From positions 1-24,857 of IMG/VR virus record IMGVR_UViG_3300028587_000039: a stretch of 24,857 bases of DNA, one strand, 5' to 3'. Position 1 is the first letter of the stretch; every line of letters starts with the position of its first letter. This DNA comes from a virus (lineage: Duplodnaviria; Caudoviricetes). A program made the position numbers and the translations under genes. A model generated the notes under the pieces. It was not told the DNA's origin, did not search any database, and worked only from the letters and a program-made list of their open reading frames with translations. Positions 22,146-24,857 of the stretch are shown here, piece by piece.

Positions 22146-23264
22146 ATGCCTGCTGGAATGGGCTACAGCGCCTCCGCGGATCTGCTCACGCAGACCGCCG
22201 ATGGCGTCGACCTGAACCGTCTGTGGGCGGACTACCAGGCCGCGCTCGAGCAGTGGAACGCGGACCGGAACCGTCTGGTCAACTTCCTGACCTTCCCGGT
22301 CACGAACCCGGTCGAGCACGTGCCGGTTGTCGGCAAGGGCGGCGCGGACTTCGAGGAGATGTCGGAGTACGGCGTCCCGAAGGCGTACCGTCCGGATGTC
22401 GACGAGTACGCGTTCGGCTACCCGTTCAAGTGGTACGACCTGGGCTCGCGCTTCACTTGGCAGTTCCTCGCCGAGGCGCCGGCGTCGCAGGTCGACCAGA
22501 TCCAGAACCAGGCGTTCGAGGCGGACAACCGACTCATCTACACCAAGGTGATGGAGCGGCTGTTCTCGAACGTCAACTCCCTGGCGTCGATCCGCGGGAA
22601 CGCGTACAACGTCTACGGCTTCTACAACGGGGTCGGCGAGGCTCCGCCGCCGTACAAGAGCAACACGTTCGACTCGACGCACAACCACTTCCTGGCGAGT
22701 GGCGCGGCGACGATCGACCCGGGTGACCTCAACGACCAGATCACGCACCTGGCGCACCACGGCTACACCAAGGCGAACGGGTACAAACTCGTCACCATGG
22801 TGAACCAGACCGAGGCGCAGGTCATCCGCGGGTTCCGGCTGGGCACCAACAGCGCGCTGTACGACTTCATCCCCGTGCAGGGCACCTCGCCGCTGTTCCT
22901 GCCGGAGAACACGCTGCTGCTGGGTTCGCAGCCCACGCAGTCGGTTCCGGGGTTCAACGTGATCGGCTCCTACGGTGATCTCATCATCGTGGAAGAGGAC
23001 CACATCCCGACGAAGTACGTCTTCACCTTCGCCACGGGTGGGCCGGACAGCATCAGCAACCCGGTCGGTTTCCGGCAGCACGCCAATGCCGGCCTCCGCG
23101 GCATGAAGCTGGTTAAGGGTCGTGACGCGGACTACCCGCTGATCGACTCGTACTACGCTCGCGGGTTCGGTGTGGGTATTCGTCACCGCGGTGCCGGTGT
23201 GATCACCCAGATCACCACCAACGCTTCGTACGCCCCGCCGGCGCAGTTCGTCTACGCCGCCTGA
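22146..23264 (+). CDS. major capsid protein
   Basis: 372 aa, very high GC3, AGGAG RBS, HK97-like size and position. Confidence 0.88.
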   Translation: MPAGMGYSASADLLTQTADGVDLNRLWADYQAALEQWNADRNRLVNFLTFPVTNPVEHVPVVGKGGADFEEMSEYGVPKAYRPDVDEYAFGYPFKWYDLGSRFTWQFLAEAPASQVDQIQNQAFEADNRLIYTKVMERLFSNVNSLASIRGNAYNVYGFYNGVGEAPPPYKSNTFDSTHNHFLASGAATIDPGDLNDQITHLAHHGYTKANGYKLVTMVNQTEAQVIRGFRLGTNSALYDFIPVQGTSPLFLPENTLLLGSQPTQSVPGFNVIGSYGDLIIVEEDHIPTKYVFTFATGGPDSISNPVGFRQHANAGLRGMKLVKGRDADYPLIDSYYARGFGVGIRHRGAGVITQITTNASYAPPAQFVYAA

Positions 23265-23277
23265 TCGGAGGTTCCTC

Positions 23278-23658
23278 ATGAGTCGGCAGATTGACGTCTC
23301 CGACCTCGAGAACCTGTCCGAGGAAGACCAGCAGTATCTGCGGGACCGGGGTCGAGTCGATGTGGTTGACCAGCTCAATCACCTTGCCTCGCTCCGGGCC
23401 GCGGAGTCACTGAAGGTCGCCAACGACAAGATCGCCGCGGACAACGTGAAGAAGCGGTACGATCCGGTGCTCGAGGCACAGCAGAAGGCGGAGCGGGATC
23501 GACTTCGGGTCGAGGACCCGGAGAGTGTCCCTCCGTACGAGGATTGGTCCCGCGACGAGCTCCTCACCGAGCTCGGTGCGCGAGGTCTTTCCAAGCAGGG
23601 CAAGAATGAAGCGCTGGTCGCCCGTCTGTACGAGGACGACGACAAGAACAGCGACTGA
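23278..23658 (+). CDS. SAP-domain protein
   Basis: YEDWSRDELLTELGARGLSKQGKNEALVARLYE fits the SAP/HeH pattern; GGAGG RBS. Confidence 0.8.
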   Translation: MSRQIDVSDLENLSEEDQQYLRDRGRVDVVDQLNHLASLRAAESLKVANDKIAADNVKKRYDPVLEAQQKAERDRLRVEDPESVPPYEDWSRDELLTELGARGLSKQGKNEALVARLYEDDDKNSD

Positions 23659-23670
23659 TAACCACAGACA

Positions 23671-23719
23671 GTCAAGCGGGGCCAGGTTCTCTCACCGGGG
23701 ACACCTGGCCCCGTTTGGC
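23671..23719 (+). terminator. terminator after the capsid operon
   Basis: GTCAAGCGGGGCCAGGT / ACCTGGCCCCGTTTGGC stem. Confidence 0.7.
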
Positions 23720-23736
23720 GTAAGGAGAGTGTTGTT

Positions 23737-24318
23737 ATGCCGACTTACCCAATTGACCAGCCTGCTGATGACACTCCGCCTTATGTCTGGACGCCGATGG
23801 TTCGAGATGGAATTGCTGGCGTCAATGATCATCAGACTAGGCTTAATGCCCTAGAGGCAGGAGGCGGGGTCCCCGACGACGGGTCGGTGACGAACGCGAA
23901 GGTCGCGACGAACGCGGCGATCGACCTGGACAAGACCGTCGACTCGGCGACCCGGCTGGCCATGTCAGCGGCCGAGCGGACCAAGCTGGCCGGTGTCGCC
24001 TCGGGGGCGACCGCGTACACCACAGAGCAGGCCCGGGACGACGCGGCGGCGATGCTCACCGCCGGGCTGCACACCAACGTGTCCGCGACCTACGTCGACG
24101 CCTCGGGCCGGCTGGATCTGGCCCTTTCAGGGACTATCGCCACGGCCCGACTCGGCTCAGGGACGGCGAACTCCTCGTCCTACCTGCGCGGTGACCAGAC
24201 CTACTCGTCCGAGCCGGTCACTTCCACGTCGGTCGACCTGGTCGTCGCGCTCACCCAGGCCGCGTATGACGCGCTGGGTACGAAGGACTCCCGCACCTTC
24301 TACGTGATCACCGGCTGA
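23737..24318 (+). CDS. fibre-like minor structural protein
   Basis: DGSVTNAKVA, ERTKLAGVASGAT, ARLGSGTANSSSYLRGD and C-terminal LTQAAYDALGTKDSRTFYVI, motifs typical of phage fibre/minor tail proteins. Confidence 0.75.
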   Translation: MPTYPIDQPADDTPPYVWTPMVRDGIAGVNDHQTRLNALEAGGGVPDDGSVTNAKVATNAAIDLDKTVDSATRLAMSAAERTKLAGVASGATAYTTEQARDDAAAMLTAGLHTNVSATYVDASGRLDLALSGTIATARLGSGTANSSSYLRGDQTYSSEPVTSTSVDLVVALTQAAYDALGTKDSRTFYVITG

Positions 24319-24857
24319 TGACGATCTCCGCGGTGGGGTCACCCGTTCTCAGCCCGGACACCGGGGTCAACACCACCCTCGGCGTGTCCCCTGCTGCGGT
24401 AGGGAACGCGCTGGTACTCGTGGTGCGCGTGTTCAACGCCGCCGAGACGGTCACCGCGGTGTCCGGTGGTGGCTGCACCTGGACCAGGATCGTCGGCCCG
24501 GAGATGGACGCCAACCCCGAGTCGTCCAACCGGGAGATTTGGCTGGGCCAGGTCACCGCCGCGGGCGCGGCGACGATCACGGTCGCCTACAGCGCCACCC
24601 CGTCGTCGGGTCTCACCGAGCTGATGGTGCAGCAGTTCTCCAGCTCGCTGGGCACCGGTGCAAGCTGGGCGGTGGTGCCCGGCCAGATCGCCGTGGCCAC
24701 CTCTGCGTCCTCGACGACCCCGACGCTGCCCTCGCTCACCGCCTCAGCGGGTCAGCTCTACTTCGCACACGCGACGTTCGAGCAGTCCGGTTCGGCCGGT
24801 TCCACCTCGGGGTTCAGCTACCCGGCCGCCCTGAACGGCCACCTCCTGGTGTTCAAC
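24318..24857 (+). CDS. beta-rich minor structural protein (truncated by window end)
   Basis: TGATG coupling; open for 180 codons: MTISAVGSPVL...GNALVLVVRV...VSGGGCTWT...EIWLGQV. Confidence 0.8.
   Translation, partial: MTISAVGSPVLSPDTGVNTTLGVSPAAVGNALVLVVRVFNAAETVTAVSGGGCTWTRIVGPEMDANPESSNREIWLGQVTAAGAATITVAYSATPSSGLTELMVQQFSSSLGTGASWAVVPGQIAVATSASSTTPTLPSLTASAGQLYFAHATFEQSGSAGSTSGFSYPAALNGHLLVFN

Noticed and set aside
21978-23378. 466-aa minus-strand ORF and 252-aa alternative + frame ORF (21968..22726)
   Set aside because: Shadows of the high-GC3 capsid genes; Arg/Pro-rich, no start signals.
1-24857. CRISPR array, tRNA genes, integrase/att site, intein or intron
   Set aside because: No regularly spaced repeats, cloverleafs or recombinase motifs seen; TerL, ThyX and the helicase read as uninterrupted.

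Overview
Segment of a high-GC tailed phage (or prophage) genome, most likely infecting an actinobacterium. Host assignment is an inference from composition, promoter style and gene types. Left (1-2084): five small genes in self-contained promoter/hairpin cassettes. 2088-4403 (-): RepB'-like primase fused to an AAA_25/SF4-type helicase, followed by an AT-rich palindromic origin candidate. 4762-13997 (+): about 30 tightly coupled small genes, including many Cys/His microproteins, LuxR- and PadR-like HTH proteins, membrane proteins with overprinted +1-frame partners, a possible Acb2/Tad1-like hairpin protein and thyX. 14052-end (+): promoter, a ~140-nt highly structured leader RNA, probable TerS, a membrane protein/papain-like peptidase block, TerL, portal, MuF-like protein, scaffold, decoration protein, major capsid, SAP-domain protein and fibre-like genes. 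Most notable: (1) the switch-like/pseudoknot-capable RNA covering the probable TerS ribosome-binding region; (2) at least nine leaderless sigma70-type promoters, three of which start genes with the identical 12 nt ATGACGACGAAC; (3) repeated long dual-coding overlaps; (4) an all-Watson-Crick 100-nt hairpin that could be a primase (ssi) site. All calls are by eye; no searches or folding were run.
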